Shown: positions 11,485-24,510 of the stretch, in pieces | Layout: every line of letters begins with the position of its first letter | Position numbering within the stretch: the first letter of the stretch is position 1 | DNA from: Felis catus | Taxonomy: Eukaryota | Reading direction: 5' to 3' | Length of the DNA stretch: 64,000 bases | Assembly: GCF_018350175.1 (NCBI RefSeq) | Contig: NC_058368.1 | Location: forward strand, 126,730,001-126,794,000 | Program-made: the position numbers and the translations under genes | The notes under the pieces: model-generated | The model's input: the letters and a program-made list of their open reading frames with translations, nothing else | What the model was told of the DNA's origin: nothing | Databases searched by the model: none

Positions 11485-14400
11485 TGTCCCCACAAAGGCA
11501 GTTCTGCGGGGTGGGGGGCACATCACCAACCAACAGCATTTATAAATGGTTGATTAACCTTCATTTATACTGCCTAATAATTATTTGAGGGAAATCTTTG
11601 ATGTCAGTGGCTCATACATGCATTCAATTCGTGGGAGATTTCCTGTGTTAATATGTGGCAAATATGTGATCTCAAATTTGTAAGGACTATCCATCTATAA
11701 ACATCTGGTATTTGCATGTAATTTGTTACTTGTCTTTGTAGGCTCTTTTTTTGTTTCAGATTTCTTCTCAAGATTAAGCTACTGCTGGGACCTCAGACTG
11801 TAATTTCACTACAACTGACTTTTGTGCCACGGGTTCAAATTTGCAATTCACTTGTATGGATGATAAACAAGGAATTGTTTGTGTGTGTGGACAAGAGGAG
11901 ATCTCAGGAGACCGTCATGGGTCTGGTTAGTTTACCGTTCAGGAAATGTGTCTGTTTTTCAGTGTTATTAATAACTGAGGAGACCATTGACTATAAAGAA
12001 CTTAAAGTACTGTGTTTGAAACTCTCGCCAATTTTCTAAGACATTAAATCTAGTTCCAGTGTGAGAAGAATTATTTAATAGGAACTAGATTTAAACAATC
12101 CTCTTAATTTAGTTGTTTAAATAATCAATGTCTCTAACCCAGGGTTACTGTTGCCACTGCATGTGCCCAACATTCTGAATAGTCGAGGGCACCAACAGCC
12201 TGAGAGGCATCTGGTTAAGGCATGATATGACAGTTGTTTTAACCAAGACAGGTAGGAATACCTGCAGCACTCAAAGGACTGAGTTCACCCCTATTTCCCT
12301 AATAACTGCCCCCCATTACACACAAATCACCACCACTTTCTGAAACCATCACCAATGCTCAGAATCAAGCTCAAGTTGAAGCTTGTTAGAGCCCCTCTTC
12401 TGACAGGATAGAGGCTTGCTTCCCAAACCAGTGCCTTCTGTTCACACCTCAGCTACATTCTTGTACCTAATACAAGTAATTTAAACAATATCCCAATGGT
12501 TCAAAGATTGAGGAAAAGACCATGTTTATCTCTAGTCTTTTTCAATCCAGTTCTTCCTAATTCTAATGCATATCCCCATTCCGTATAGGAATAACAAGCA
12601 TACAAATCTCACCAGCTCTTTTCATTGGGCACCAGAAGGAAATTGGCATCCTCAGCACATCCAATATTATTTGCAGTTTAGATGTTAGGAAGGCACAGAT
12701 TGGCAGATGTAGAAGGACAGTTTCATTAGGTAGAGTCACTTTCCCCGTCTTTTGGTCGCTATGTTCAAGTTTTTTTTTTTCCCCTCTCTTCATGCACAGT
12801 TCCTGTAGAAGTATTGGGTGCAAGTCTTTTTAGCAAGGATACTGATAGGTAAATTTGCCATTGGATAATAAATGTCTACAAGCTAAAGAACTAGGTCATA
12901 TACATTATTAGTAAGAAAGTGAAAATTACAGAATACCTGTGGGATGTGTTAAGCCTATCAGTGTCATTTCTCACCTTGAGCTTCAGATCCACTAATTGGT
13001 AATAAATTTCCACCTTGGCACCCTAGATGGCAGGCCACAGCTTAGTAAAGACAAGAATGTCTTATTGGATTTTAATGCACCAACAAGCTTCAAGAATTCC
13101 AGAAATGACAGTGAAGGGAAAGAGAAGGGGAGTGGCAATCAAAACATATTTGTTTGCTACAGAAGCCTATTTGCATGATAGTGCACTATTTCTATAACCT
13201 GGACTAGAACATGGCCATGTTCAATGATAGAGCTGTTAGGTTCAGTTGTATAATCTAATACCAAGCAAGAAGGCAAGGAAAACTTGCCTCTCTCACAGCC
13301 CCATCCCATAGACATATACAGATGTCCGGGACCTAAGTATGAAGTCCACATGGCTTTTACAAGGACCTGGCTATATGTATTATTTTAAAGGGGAGAGCAG
13401 AATCAGGGTCAGAAACGTAGAAGGTAAAGAGCTGAGTTTTACTTTTGTGTAAACCCCTTCTCTGAGTAACTGACTGAAATTGGCCCTAAGACCAAAAGAC
13501 CAAGTCAGGAGCCTACTTCACAATGTTAGACATGACTAATTTGAACTAATTAGTTCAAAATTTGACTAATTTATGGCAGTCAGGGAAGCAGGATGCCCAA
13601 GTGTCATTGCCAAGGAATTGTGGATACTTTGTTTTCTAAAACTCAGTTGAGGTGGGACTTTCCTAATTCATTCTCTGTCCTGAAGCTCCCACCCAGGTGT
13701 GAGTTTCAATGGGAAGTTTCCAGAGGGGATTGTAACAGAGCTCAATGCTATGAAGCATTAGGAAGAGAGAATATTCTCTATTCCTAACTTTACTAACGGA
13801 TTTTGGTTTTAAAATTAAATATTTTTTGTCATAAGAGGTAATGCTGGAGGATTCAACTATATTACTTAAAATTTTTAACACTAATTGCAATGTTTAACCT
13901 TTTTGCTGACAATACACACACACTCAGCCTCTTACATTCTCTCCATCCCTCACAAAAGCTTAATAGCCACAAATTGTTTTTAACAATGGCCTAAATTTGT
14001 ATTTACAAGATCAAGATACCTTAAAAAGTACATAGTGTGTACATTTAAAACATCCATCTTGTTGTATTTGATACAATTCAATTAGTGTTTCAAGTATGAA
14101 TCTGTCTCTCTGGTGCCCATCTTCTCACCCTCACCCCTGCCATTACTTTGAGAAACAAACCTTGATTGTTGAGCAAATGCTTCCAAGAGCTTTGATGTTG
14201 GCACATTCCTTTCCATTCTTAGTTCAAGTGCAAACCTGGACTGGAAAATTTTTCATCTAAATAGGTGTCCTCCAAGTGGATGGGCATTTACATTTCGGAG
14301 GACATGAATGGATGAAGAAGGTGCATGATATTTCTCAAGTCCTAAGATGGCAGTTTAAATGTGGCATCCCATGTTTGGGGTCCTAAGAACAATTGAGTTA

Positions 14401-16124
14401 GGACAGTCCATCCCTTCTTTGCTGCTGCACTCCCCTCTCCAGCACAGCTTCTACTGCCTTGGTGAACTTTGCTGTAGGTTCTTCTAATTCCTGCTGAGGT
14501 TTACCTCAAGTCAGTATCCCTTTGCTGCCTGGTAAATAAGTGCTAAGATTATTATTTCTCAAGGGAACTAGGATGCCTTCAGTTGTAGCAGAAAACTGCA
14601 GCATCATTATGATAAACGTGAAGGATAAATTCTACAAAACTAAAACCTAACTTCAACAAGACACTCAAACACATGGTGAGCATGTATCTTTCACCTACTT
14701 AACTCTGATCCAGATTCATTATAGTCCTTTTGTTGATCGCACTGGTCATTTTTCAGGGACCAATTTAAACCTCCAATTTTGACCAAGTCTATGCTGAAAA
14801 TAGACTTTCACATATTAAATATTTTTTAAAGTAAAAATACTCCACTATTAGATGAACTTCCATAAAGCAACAGTAGTTTTGGAATGTGGTAGTCTGTTAT
14901 CAGAGGTTCATCCTGATGGGCTTGGTCCACTGTGTGTCTTATTGCACAATGAGTATGTCTTATGCCATCCTCGGTTGACCATGTGGCACTTGTCAGACTA
15001 TGTTTAAAATGGATCCAGACTCTACCAAGCCATCTTAAGGCTGAGGTAGTAGCTGCATGTGAAAAACTGTGACCTAAATCTTATCTTCAAGTCATGACTA
15101 AAACCCTTTGAGACCAAAAAGTGTTTGTGAATAGTTTTCATATACTATTAGAATTCTCAATCAGGTATTTCTGGTGTGGTATATTTAGGAAGTGGTCTTT
15201 CTGTCTGAAGAAACTTTAAGTTAGAGAGTTTGCATGACTGGTAACTCAAACTCTTTGTTCCTTTGTGTGTATACTCAGAGTGCTATGTCAGGGTAGCATG
15301 TGAGCAACTTGACCCATGTGGCCTTTCTATTCACCCCCCTGGAAGATATAACCTCTGCAGCACTGCTTTGCTTTGCCTGTTTGTGTATACTACTTGTGCT
15401 TGAGTAGTGCACCAGTAAAATGAAGAAGCCTTTCCAACAAGCTGAACTGGTAGGGTCAGTTTTCTGGATTGCTTTGTATTTTAAGTGATTTTTGACCAAA
15501 GCAACATAAACCTGTTTTCTATTCTGGAATGAATTAAGACAAATTGGGTCAAAGATGAAATTTATGACCAGAAAAAAAAAAAAACCTCTTTCTCCCTATG
15601 ATGCACTTAAAGGGCTCTAGATTCTAGAAATACAGTATCCCCTAAGGGTGCAAAAACAGGTCTGGGATATTTATTTAAAATAATATGTATGCATTATTAG
15701 CATTTCATAAGTAAATGTTTTTTTTTCTTAAAAACCTTTACAGAAATGTTGGACACTCCAAACAACTAATTCCCTTTGGTAGATTAAAATATTTACACTT
15801 AGGCCACTTCCAACACACACACGCACACACACACACATACAGATACCTTTTATATGAAGGGAAATTTTCATATATGGTGCTTTCTCAGTGCTAGGGAAAA
15901 GGGAGCTTCTGCTGTGTTCCAACTGTAACTCACATGTTGTTTAAAAAGGTCTACACAATAGATTCTTTGCGCTGATTTGTGTGTTTGTGCACATAATTTC
16001 CAGTAAGAATAGAGAAAAATATGTTTTGCCAACATCCTAGAGAAAAATAATTTCCAAACCTCTGTCAGAGCATGTAGCTGGTAAGGAATTGAACTTTCCA
16101 GTTGTGGTTCTCTTTTCCACTCCC

Positions 16125-16173
16125 TGGTGTTTTTTTGTTTGTTTGTTTGTTTGTTTTGTTTTGTTTTTTTTTT
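16125..16173 (+). repeat. (TTTG)n/T-rich simple repeat
   Basis: ttttttgtttgtttgtttgtttgttttgttttgttttttt. Confidence 0.9.
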
Positions 16174-18104
16174 CATTTTTTAAAGCACTATCCTCTCACT
16201 GACTGACAGGACCGAGAATAGGATGTGAGATTCAAATTCCACCACTTCCCCCCCATCAGCACTACTGTTGGTGGAGTTTCAATCAGTAAGTATTTGCTGA
16301 AATGAAGTTGGGGGTTTACCTGTGTATTTCCTTCACCTGTATTCATACTTTCCTTCCTAGTGGACAACTGAGAGTTGGCTGTGGCTTTTTTTTTAATGGC
16401 CATATTTCCATATTCACGTTTGTGGCTAGGGATTGCTTAGGTTCATGAATGCTGTTCTTAAAGACACAGATGGTACGTGACCCATACAGGCCCCTGGCCT
16501 TTCAGGGACGTGAGCATGACTTACATCTGTCTAGTGGTTCCATATTCCTCATCAAAGTGAAATCTGGGGATTGTTTCCTCTATCAGTAGGATGGTTTTCC
16601 ATGCATTGTTTCATCATCCCTAGGATGTGTGCTAAATGAAAACTTCCTGTAATTCCTGTTAATATATTGTTGTCGTCAGACGTGATGTGATACCGTTGGA
16701 CTGTCCAAATGTACAACTATTTAATGGTGTTTGTGGAACTGAAATGTCTTAAATGTTGCATGAAATATGTTATAAAAATAGATTTGTTTTCTATTTTTCA
16801 ACACCTCATAATTGAGGGTTCATGGGCCAATAAGTGCAATATTTAATGACTTACTCAGTGTATATAAACTAGCGTGCAAGAGTGAATTATAATGAATGTG
16901 TGAGATGCTTTGATGGCTGTGTAACTTATTCAAATTATTTCTTGTAGCTGTATTTGTCTAGTGGTGCAATTTATACAGTAAGTACCTTATTGGTGTCATG
17001 TGAAACTCCTCTGTGCCTATTTTAAAGTACTTTTTTTCCTATAAAACCAAACATTTAGTATCTGCAAATATATGTCAATTTTGCGCTTTAGAATTGTGGA
17101 TTTTATTTTTAAGACAGAATCGATGTTCATTCATTTTATATAGGCATTCCCTTCTTAAATTCAGAATTTTCCTCTTATAAGAGGCTAATTTAGATACCTA
17201 AGAAAAAATATGCACATAAGGTAAAGTCATATTTATTCTTCTCAGAAATGTTGATCACATATTCTGTGTACTAAGAATTTTTCTTGCATTTGTGTGTATA
17301 TTTTGTTATTCGATTTTGTATTTTGTTTGCAAATTCAACACTGTCAACCCAGGAATTCTAAAACATTGATGTCTTTTTAGGTTGTAGTTAATGTTTTACT
17401 CACTTTCAATTCTCAATTGTCCACACTGGTGATAGAGGAGAAGCAAAAGTCAGAATTCTTAATTTTCTTTGGTATTTCAACATAGATTCATATATTCATC
17501 CTCAAACCCCTTGGTTAATCTTACAATTAGAGGCCTAGAATTTCAGTGAGATGCAAAAATTTAAAAAAAAAAATTAGGCCTGGTTGCTGGATTAACAAAA
17601 ACTGTATTTTTTTTTACATGAGGTTTGAAGTAGATCAACTACCTTAAGTTTCTATATGCCAATTTAATTTTTAAGGCAAAACACTCATTTTAATATTGTA
17701 CTTTGCCTTTTCACTTAGTTAGCAAAATAAATGATGATACCCGTAGGAAGAAAAGTTATGATTTGTTCACTAAAAGTGATGAAAAACAGTTGGTTTTAGA
17801 TAACCTTGGCCATCTGTCCATCATATGAAACCTTCCATTCTTTCTACAGCAGTTGCCTGAAATTGACATGTGAGGATGTGCCAATAATCTTAAATGGCTT
17901 TGGGTTCCCACCAGTGATGTGTGGCCCTATTTTTAAATGTGATAGCGTGAAATTTATACTCAGCTCTCAAACCAACTGAAGAAGTCAAGTGAATGTGGAT
18001 GAAGCAGGGAGATTAGGGATGACTTTGTGCCAAATTGGAAAAAAAAAAAAGATGAACGTAAGCAGGGAGCCAACACTAGAATAATTTAAGAGCATATGTA
18101 AATG

Positions 18105-18390
18105 TTCCGTTAGTCATCACAATTATTGAATACCATGTGCTTAGTGCTGTGGGAATTAAACAGGGAAGATGTATGGTTCCTACCCCTACATACTGACTGA
18201 AGAACAGGGAAAAAAATACCAGGATATTATGTGAATGCTAAATTATGGCAGGATAGAGGAGTAGAGAGAACTCTAAGAAGAGTGAGACTCAAGAATGTGA
18301 TCCCAGCAAGAATGAGATAATGAGATTTTTCCAGACAATACATGGGCAAGGTCACATTATGTTCCCTGTGAATGGAAATGTGCAGAAGGG
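18105..18390 (-). mobile_element. L2 3'-end remnant within the 3'UTR
   Basis: ttattgaataccatgtgcttagtgctgtggga...atggttcctacccct resembles the reverse complement of the L2 3' end. Confidence 0.5.
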
Positions 18391-19054
18391 GCAGCTATAT
18401 ATCATTGCTTTTCCGCAGAGAACCCAACTGGCCTTGTAAAAGCCAACAGATTACCCTGTTTGGCGCCCTCTTGCTTTTGTCCCCATGAGGAAGACAAGTT
18501 ACGCATCGACATATTCCTCTGTGCTGAGCAGCCCCAGACTCTGCCACAAAACATCAACTGCTTTAAAGTCACATAAGAACAGTTGATTTAGACATTTTGC
18601 CCATGCATCAAACCACAAAACATTGTATAATCCAATGTCAAAAAGACAGATGCGTGCCCAGAGATTTTTCTGTAGTTCTACGTTTCCCACTGAGCATCTT
18701 GGGAAATGCACAAAGACTTTTGTAACCGGGCACTTTCTGGCTCCTCAGTGACTGTTCTATGGAGCTCTTCTTCAGAAAATATTCAGTAACAGCTTAGTGC
18801 TTTCATATAGTGATTGTGACATTTAGTTGAAAACTAACTGCTGCACAGCAAATATCGTGACTCTTATGTGTCCACAGGAGCTCTTGTCTGGGTTTAAAGC
18901 TACGAAGTATTCACATTGTGAAGTTTTAATTCTCTTTATTGAAATTGTGTAAAAACTGTATGTGCTCTATTAGGTATTAAGTTTGTATGTGAATTCTGTA
19001 TAGAAAGTGGTTTTTGTTCTTTGGGTTTATCTTGTTTTATTTTTTGGAGATTAC

Positions 19055-19117
19055 AATAAATATCTAAGAGACTATATTCCTGAATTTCTCAGCCTTAGTC
19101 TGGTAATTTTTTTTTTT
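19055..19117 (+). terminator. RAB3C: Distal poly(A) signal of RAB3C
   Basis: AATAAA at 19055-19060, upstream TGTA elements (18957, 18984, 18997) and a downstream T11 tract at 19107-19117. Confidence 0.75.
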
Positions 19118-19920
19118 CCGTTTCCTTTCAATTTGTATTATTTTTGGTCTTAGGATGCCTATTTTCATTTCTTGTTACCTTTCTCTTCTACAATCCTAGA
19201 CACATTGGTGAGCTTGAACTAGAGAAAGAGTGTGAACATACTTTTATTTCAGGCTATGGTTTTCTCAATTGTGGATTTGGACTTAGCCAGAGGAATTAAT
19301 TCTAACTGTAATCTTTGAGGGTAAATACTGTATTATACCAGACTGAATGCATTCCAGGGTCCTAAAGCTCTTGGTTAGAGAATCAAGAATGGCTGCCAAC
19401 ATACTAAAAAGTCACCTCTACAATGTCAAACACCGTTTATCCTTGCATCTGCACTCCAGGGTCCAATGATCATATTGGTATCCCACTAGCACCGCTTAAG
19501 GGCATTCAAAAAGGACAACGTATGAGTGTTGTGAGTTTTGTTTGATATGTGGTGCATGGTGTAGTGATGCTTCAGATGCGGTGCGGGCTTGCTTTGGTCT
19601 TGGACCTCAGGGCATGCTGAAGCATGCAGCCATCAATCTCTTTGCATCACAGTTGATCTACTAGTAGTTTCAAGATCTCTTAGTGATCTAATTGTGCTAC
19701 TAGTTCTATTTCTAGATATTTTCTTCTCAATGTGTTCTCAGGACCATTTCCAGACTCTTGCTAAATGTAAGTCAAGTGAGGTCCCGGGAATACTTACATG
19801 GGTCCAAACAGCTTCCTAAACTGAATTTGTTAACAGGAATCTCACCTACCTGAGTAGACAAAACTAATAGAATACAAAGAATCCACATGAAAGAAAAAAA
19901 TATTAAAGGGCTTCCAGTTA

Positions 19921-19960
19921 TATTGTCTATTCTATTCCTATTCTAATTCTATTCTCTATT
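19921..19960 (+). repeat. Degenerate (CTATT)n microsatellite
   Basis: tctattctattcctattctaattctattctctatt. Confidence 0.7.
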
Positions 19961-20919
19961 TTAATTCATGACTCTACATGAAAATACATACACAAAAGTC
20001 CTGACCCTCAATGAACTCATATAATTTTAACAAAGGAAACTTCCCACTATGAATTACCAACATATATAAATTTAATTTTCCCTAAAATGTGTCTAATAAC
20101 TGAACATTAGAAATTTATTTTAAAAGATCTCACCCAAAAATGTCTTCCTTAAAATTTTATGAAATACATTTTTTAGGGAATAGACCTGTACCCCTCAGAT
20201 ACAGTGGTAAAAATCTTGCCAGGGGCAAGATTCCAAGATGACACATGCTTCCTGGTCATTCTGAGGTTACTGTGGCCAAACTAGTTTCAATGGGTTGTAG
20301 TAGAAATTCCCTCAACTATCATGTTACTACCTTAGTAATAGTACTTAATATTATTATTAATAAAGTAATACTTATTATTATTTAGTAATAATACTCCTGG
20401 ATTTGAATTAAATTTAAAAGTGAAGCTTCTGTGTGGCTACTGCTTCCTCAACAGCATTAACAAGGTAGACAAGAAGAATACATCTGTTACCCTTAGAAGA
20501 TGCTAGGCTTCCTACTGCACTTGAAAAAGATGTCTTTTTAAGAAAAGGGCACACAGCAGGCCATAGTCTTTGTATGCTTCTTGTGCAATTGTCACCCCTT
20601 GGCTTTCTTACTTCACCTACCAAGTCCAAAGAATCTTTAGTCTGGTGGAGAGGTAGTCTAGCTCTCTAGCTTTCTTCCTGATCTATTTATGTCCTGAGTC
20701 CTTTACATTCCAGTTTCTTCTTGATGAACTCTAAGTCTCATATAATTTCAACTAAAAATCATATTCTCTATTTTTTAATGTTTTGTCTATCCCTTAAAAC
20801 AATTTTACTGGTTACCTTTCTTCCACTCAGAGTATAAGCAATATAAGGAGGACAGTTATTGGGAGAAAATCTGGATTAAGGTTTCAAAATGGTATCTTAG
20901 GAAATAATTATAGAAAAAC

Positions 20920-21572
20920 TTGCTAAATGCCAATATAGAGGTTACAATGTGAAAGCATACAACAGGAGCAATTAACCCAGACTGGAGGCAAGGAGATTGG
21001 AATATTCTAAGAAGGCCTACAAGAAGAGATGAGGCCTAAGCTAAACACAGATCTAGAAGTTGGGTAGGGGCAGAGTGAAAGAAGATCGTTTCTAACAGAG
21101 CAGCAAATGGAAGCCAGGGAGGTATCTCAAAGCATAGTGTATACGTACTCCAAAGCCATTCACACAAGTGACCACAGGGTGGAAGAAAAGGAGAATAAGA
21201 CTAAGGCTGAGATCTTGACACTTGTCTGAAATGCTTTCCAAGTCTGGATTTCATTCTCCAGTTGTGAAAGAGTCTTAAAGGGAGAAGTTGGTTTCATCAG
21301 ATTTGACTTTTGAAAGATCACTCACGTGATAATAGTGGAAACAGAAAAGCACTGGAAAAATGTCCTAACTATCCACAGTTACATGCCTGAGTTAAGGATG
21401 GCTCCCTATTGAGGAAGAGTGGGAGACAAAGGACATTTCAGTTTAGAAGGGAGGTAGTGATAACCTATAATGTTCCAGCAGAGGGAGAACTAGAAATCAA
21501 AGGTGCCCCTGAGGTTTCTGACTCAGCTTATTATCTAGATATTAATGTCATTATCTAAGACACAACAGTACA
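20920..21572 (-). mobile_element. L2 remnant (left part)
   Basis: Purine-rich antisense-L2 motifs: gaaggcctacaagaagagatg, catcagatttgacttttgaaagatcactc, gaggtttctgactcagc. Confidence 0.6.
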
Positions 21573-23335
21573 GGGTCTTATTCAAGATGGAGACATGGCA
21601 AGATTCTGAACTCACTTTATCCCACAGATACACGAAATCTGCAGTTATATGTGGAACAACATCCTCTGAAAAAAGCCCCTAAACACTAGCTGAATAACAC
21701 ATAAACAGTGGAAAAAAGGAGTCACACACACACCACACACACATCAAAGTGTGCCAGAGAGGAGGATTTTGCCGTTAAACCCCACCCTGGGCAAGGTGAC
21801 CACCCCAAGCAGGAGGGACCTCAAAACCAAGAGCTTCTGCTTATGGATCAAAAGGTTTCTCCCCACATCAGGCATCCCAACTTTTAAGGCCTGTACCTCA
21901 AAGATGAGCCTGCAAAACATCTAGATTTAAAAGCCAAAGGGACTCATATCCATGAGACTTGCAAGTATATAGCCAACTAAAAAACTGCAATTAAAGTGCA
22001 TGTGGGCTCATACTTCATCACAGAGGCACTCAGCTGAGAGGAACCCAGACTTAATGGCAAAGAGGCTTATTTACTTAAAGCACCATGCTGAGGAACACAC
22101 ATCTAATGTAACACATCTAGAGGCTGGAGATTTCTCTGGGGACTTAAGCTGGTGAGCATCTTTGTATTCTCCTCTCTACCACTCCCTCTCACTACAATCT
22201 CTTGAAGGAGAGCTGTTTTCATCCTCTGGCACCCTGATTTGTGCAGTAGCTACACGGATAATACGTCTAAATCACCTGGCTCTTATGGCCAGGGGAGCTT
22301 ATGTTTAAAGGTCCCAGAGGACTGTAACCCACAGAGACACAGTTCTTAAAGGGCCACCACACTGAAAGCACAGCAAAAGGCAACAGAAGGAGAAACCACA
22401 TCTTTCTGTGAAAAGAGGCCTAATAGCTTATCTTGGTAACTGGGACCTGAAGGTCAGGATTATAATTAAACCCACATCTAAGCACCCACAGTAATCTTCT
22501 CCAGAAACCTCATGGAGTAGATTTTATTTGTGTTCTCCCTCTACCATGTTTCACAGGGCAAGTACCTCTCAAAAACTGGTGCATCAGACACATACAAAAG
22601 CCCTACTCTATGTCTCTTGCTAAGTTTTATGTCTTATGCCTCAGTGTTTGTTGTTGCCACCCAGGAGATGTCCCTTAAGTGCCTACCTCTGGTGGTCACT
22701 GAGAGTTGCATTCCTGGGTCTCACGGGACCTTAAGGAATAAACTGGTGTTTCTTGGCAGTATAACACTCAAGTCATTGTGCAGAAAGCAGAATAAAACAC
22801 AACCCAGTCTTTCATGAAAGAGACTTATTTGCCATGCCTGGACTTTCAGCCTCAGAAATCACCTTCTCCTTTGACACACAAAAAGAGGCCAACTGAATTG
22901 CACTGCAGGGATGAGGTCTTTGGAGACTCTCTTTGTGCTCTCCCTCTGTCTCACTTCAGACCACTTGTATCTCCCGGAAAGGACCTTGTATGCTGTTCTG
23001 GCATGCTCATTTTTGTGACTGCCACCCAAGGGACACCTCTAGATAGTGTCCAGTAAGACCTATGATTGCAGTCACATAAAACTGTATATTTGCATACTCT
23101 AAAACCTGCTGCCTGACGGTCTGGCTCCAATAAGCCCAAATCTACATGCTGAGATATTCCCATTTAGAATATTAACACCAGGAAATACTGGTAGCCACTA
23201 AAAATAAAATTGGCTGTTTGGAAATCGCAAATATTTCAGAGACAACCAAAAGGGCAGGGTTTAAAGATAAAGTTTCTATATGAGGTCATTCCTTCAATCG
23301 TGGAAGAAGTTGCTTTTTTATCGAATGAATAAAAA

Positions 23336-23525
23336 CCTGGGTGGCTCAGTCAGTTAAGCATCTGATTCTTGGTTTTAGCTCAGGTCATGATCTCACAGTT
23401 TGTGAGTTCGAACCCCATGTTGGGCTCTGTGCTACTGGTCTGAAGCTTTCTTGGGGTTCTCTCTCTGCCCTTTCCATGCTCATGCACACACTCTTTCTCA
23501 AAATAAACAAATTTTAAAAATTAAA
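23336..23525 (+). mobile_element. Can-SINE
   Basis: cctgggtggctcag...gctcaggtcatgatctcac, flanked by aataaaaacc direct repeats. Confidence 0.9.
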
Positions 23526-24510
23526 CAAATAAAAACCAGCATAAAGTCAAACAAAGAGAAGAAACAGAGGAGTGTCTTCCAAAAGAAAAAACAAAACCTC
23601 AGAAAAAGCCCTTAACCAAATGAATAAATCTATGTGCCTGTTCACAGGGATGTTTACTGAGTTGGGAGAAGAATGGATGAATACATGGAGAACTTCAACA
23701 AAAAAGACAGACACTATAATCAAGTATCAAAGAGATGTCAGAGAGCTAAGGAATACATTAAACGAACTGAAAAATACACTAGACGTTCAACAGTAGACTA
23801 GATGAAGTAGAAGAAAGGATCAGGGAACTCAAACACAGTAATAAAACTCATCCAATGAGAGCAATAACAACAATGAAAAAGAAAGAAAAAAAATAGCTTA
23901 AGGGACCTACAGAACATCATAAAGCAGACCATATTTAGCATTATAGGGGTCCCAGAAGGAGAAGAGACAAAGGGTAGTAAGCTTATTTGCAGAAATAATG
24001 GCTAAAACTTCGATAACCTTAGGAAGGAAACAGACATCCAGATCCAGAATCCCCAAGAGTGCCAAACAAAATGAACCAAAAGAGAACCGCAGCAAAACAC
24101 ATAAAATGTCCAAAGTTAAAGACAAGAAGAGCCTCTTAAAAGCTGAAAGAGAAAAAGCCACTTGTTAGGTACAAGAGAACTATCAACAGATTTATTTTCA
24201 GCAGAAACTTTGAGGGCCAGAAGGAAGTTGTAGGATATTTTCAAAATGCTGAAAGGAAACAACTATCAACTCTACATAGCAGTTACCATTTAGAACAGAA
24301 GGAAAGAGAGAGTTTTCCAAACAAGCAAAATCTAAAGGAGACTACCACTAAACCCTTCTTATAAGAAATACTGAAGACATTTCTTCAAGCTGAAAATATA
24401 GATTGCTTATGAGTAATAGGAGAACAGATTAAAGTATAAAACTCACTGGTAAATATAAACATGCAATAAAATTTAGAATATTCTAATGTTGTAAGGTTGG
24501 TGGATTAACC

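Larger units (their letters stand above)
11485..19082 (+). other. RAB3C: Long 3'UTR of RAB3C (~7.6 kb)
   Basis: AU-rich and free of L1 and SINEs from the stop codon to a complete poly(A) signal. The end point is inferred. Confidence 0.7.

Noticed and set aside
11247..11545. Overlapping ORFs 11247-11471(-) and 11300-11545(+)
   Set aside because: These are shadow frames of the RAB3C exon with no independent support.
15042..15052. TGAGGTAGTAG, identical to the first 11 nt of let-7
   Set aside because: The match stops at 11 nt, I see no precursor hairpin, and the orientation is wrong for a target site in RAB3C mRNA.
18462..18476. CTCF-like GGCGCCCTCTTGCTT
   Set aside because: It lacks the conserved terminal GG/CC of the core motif and is too weak without binding data.
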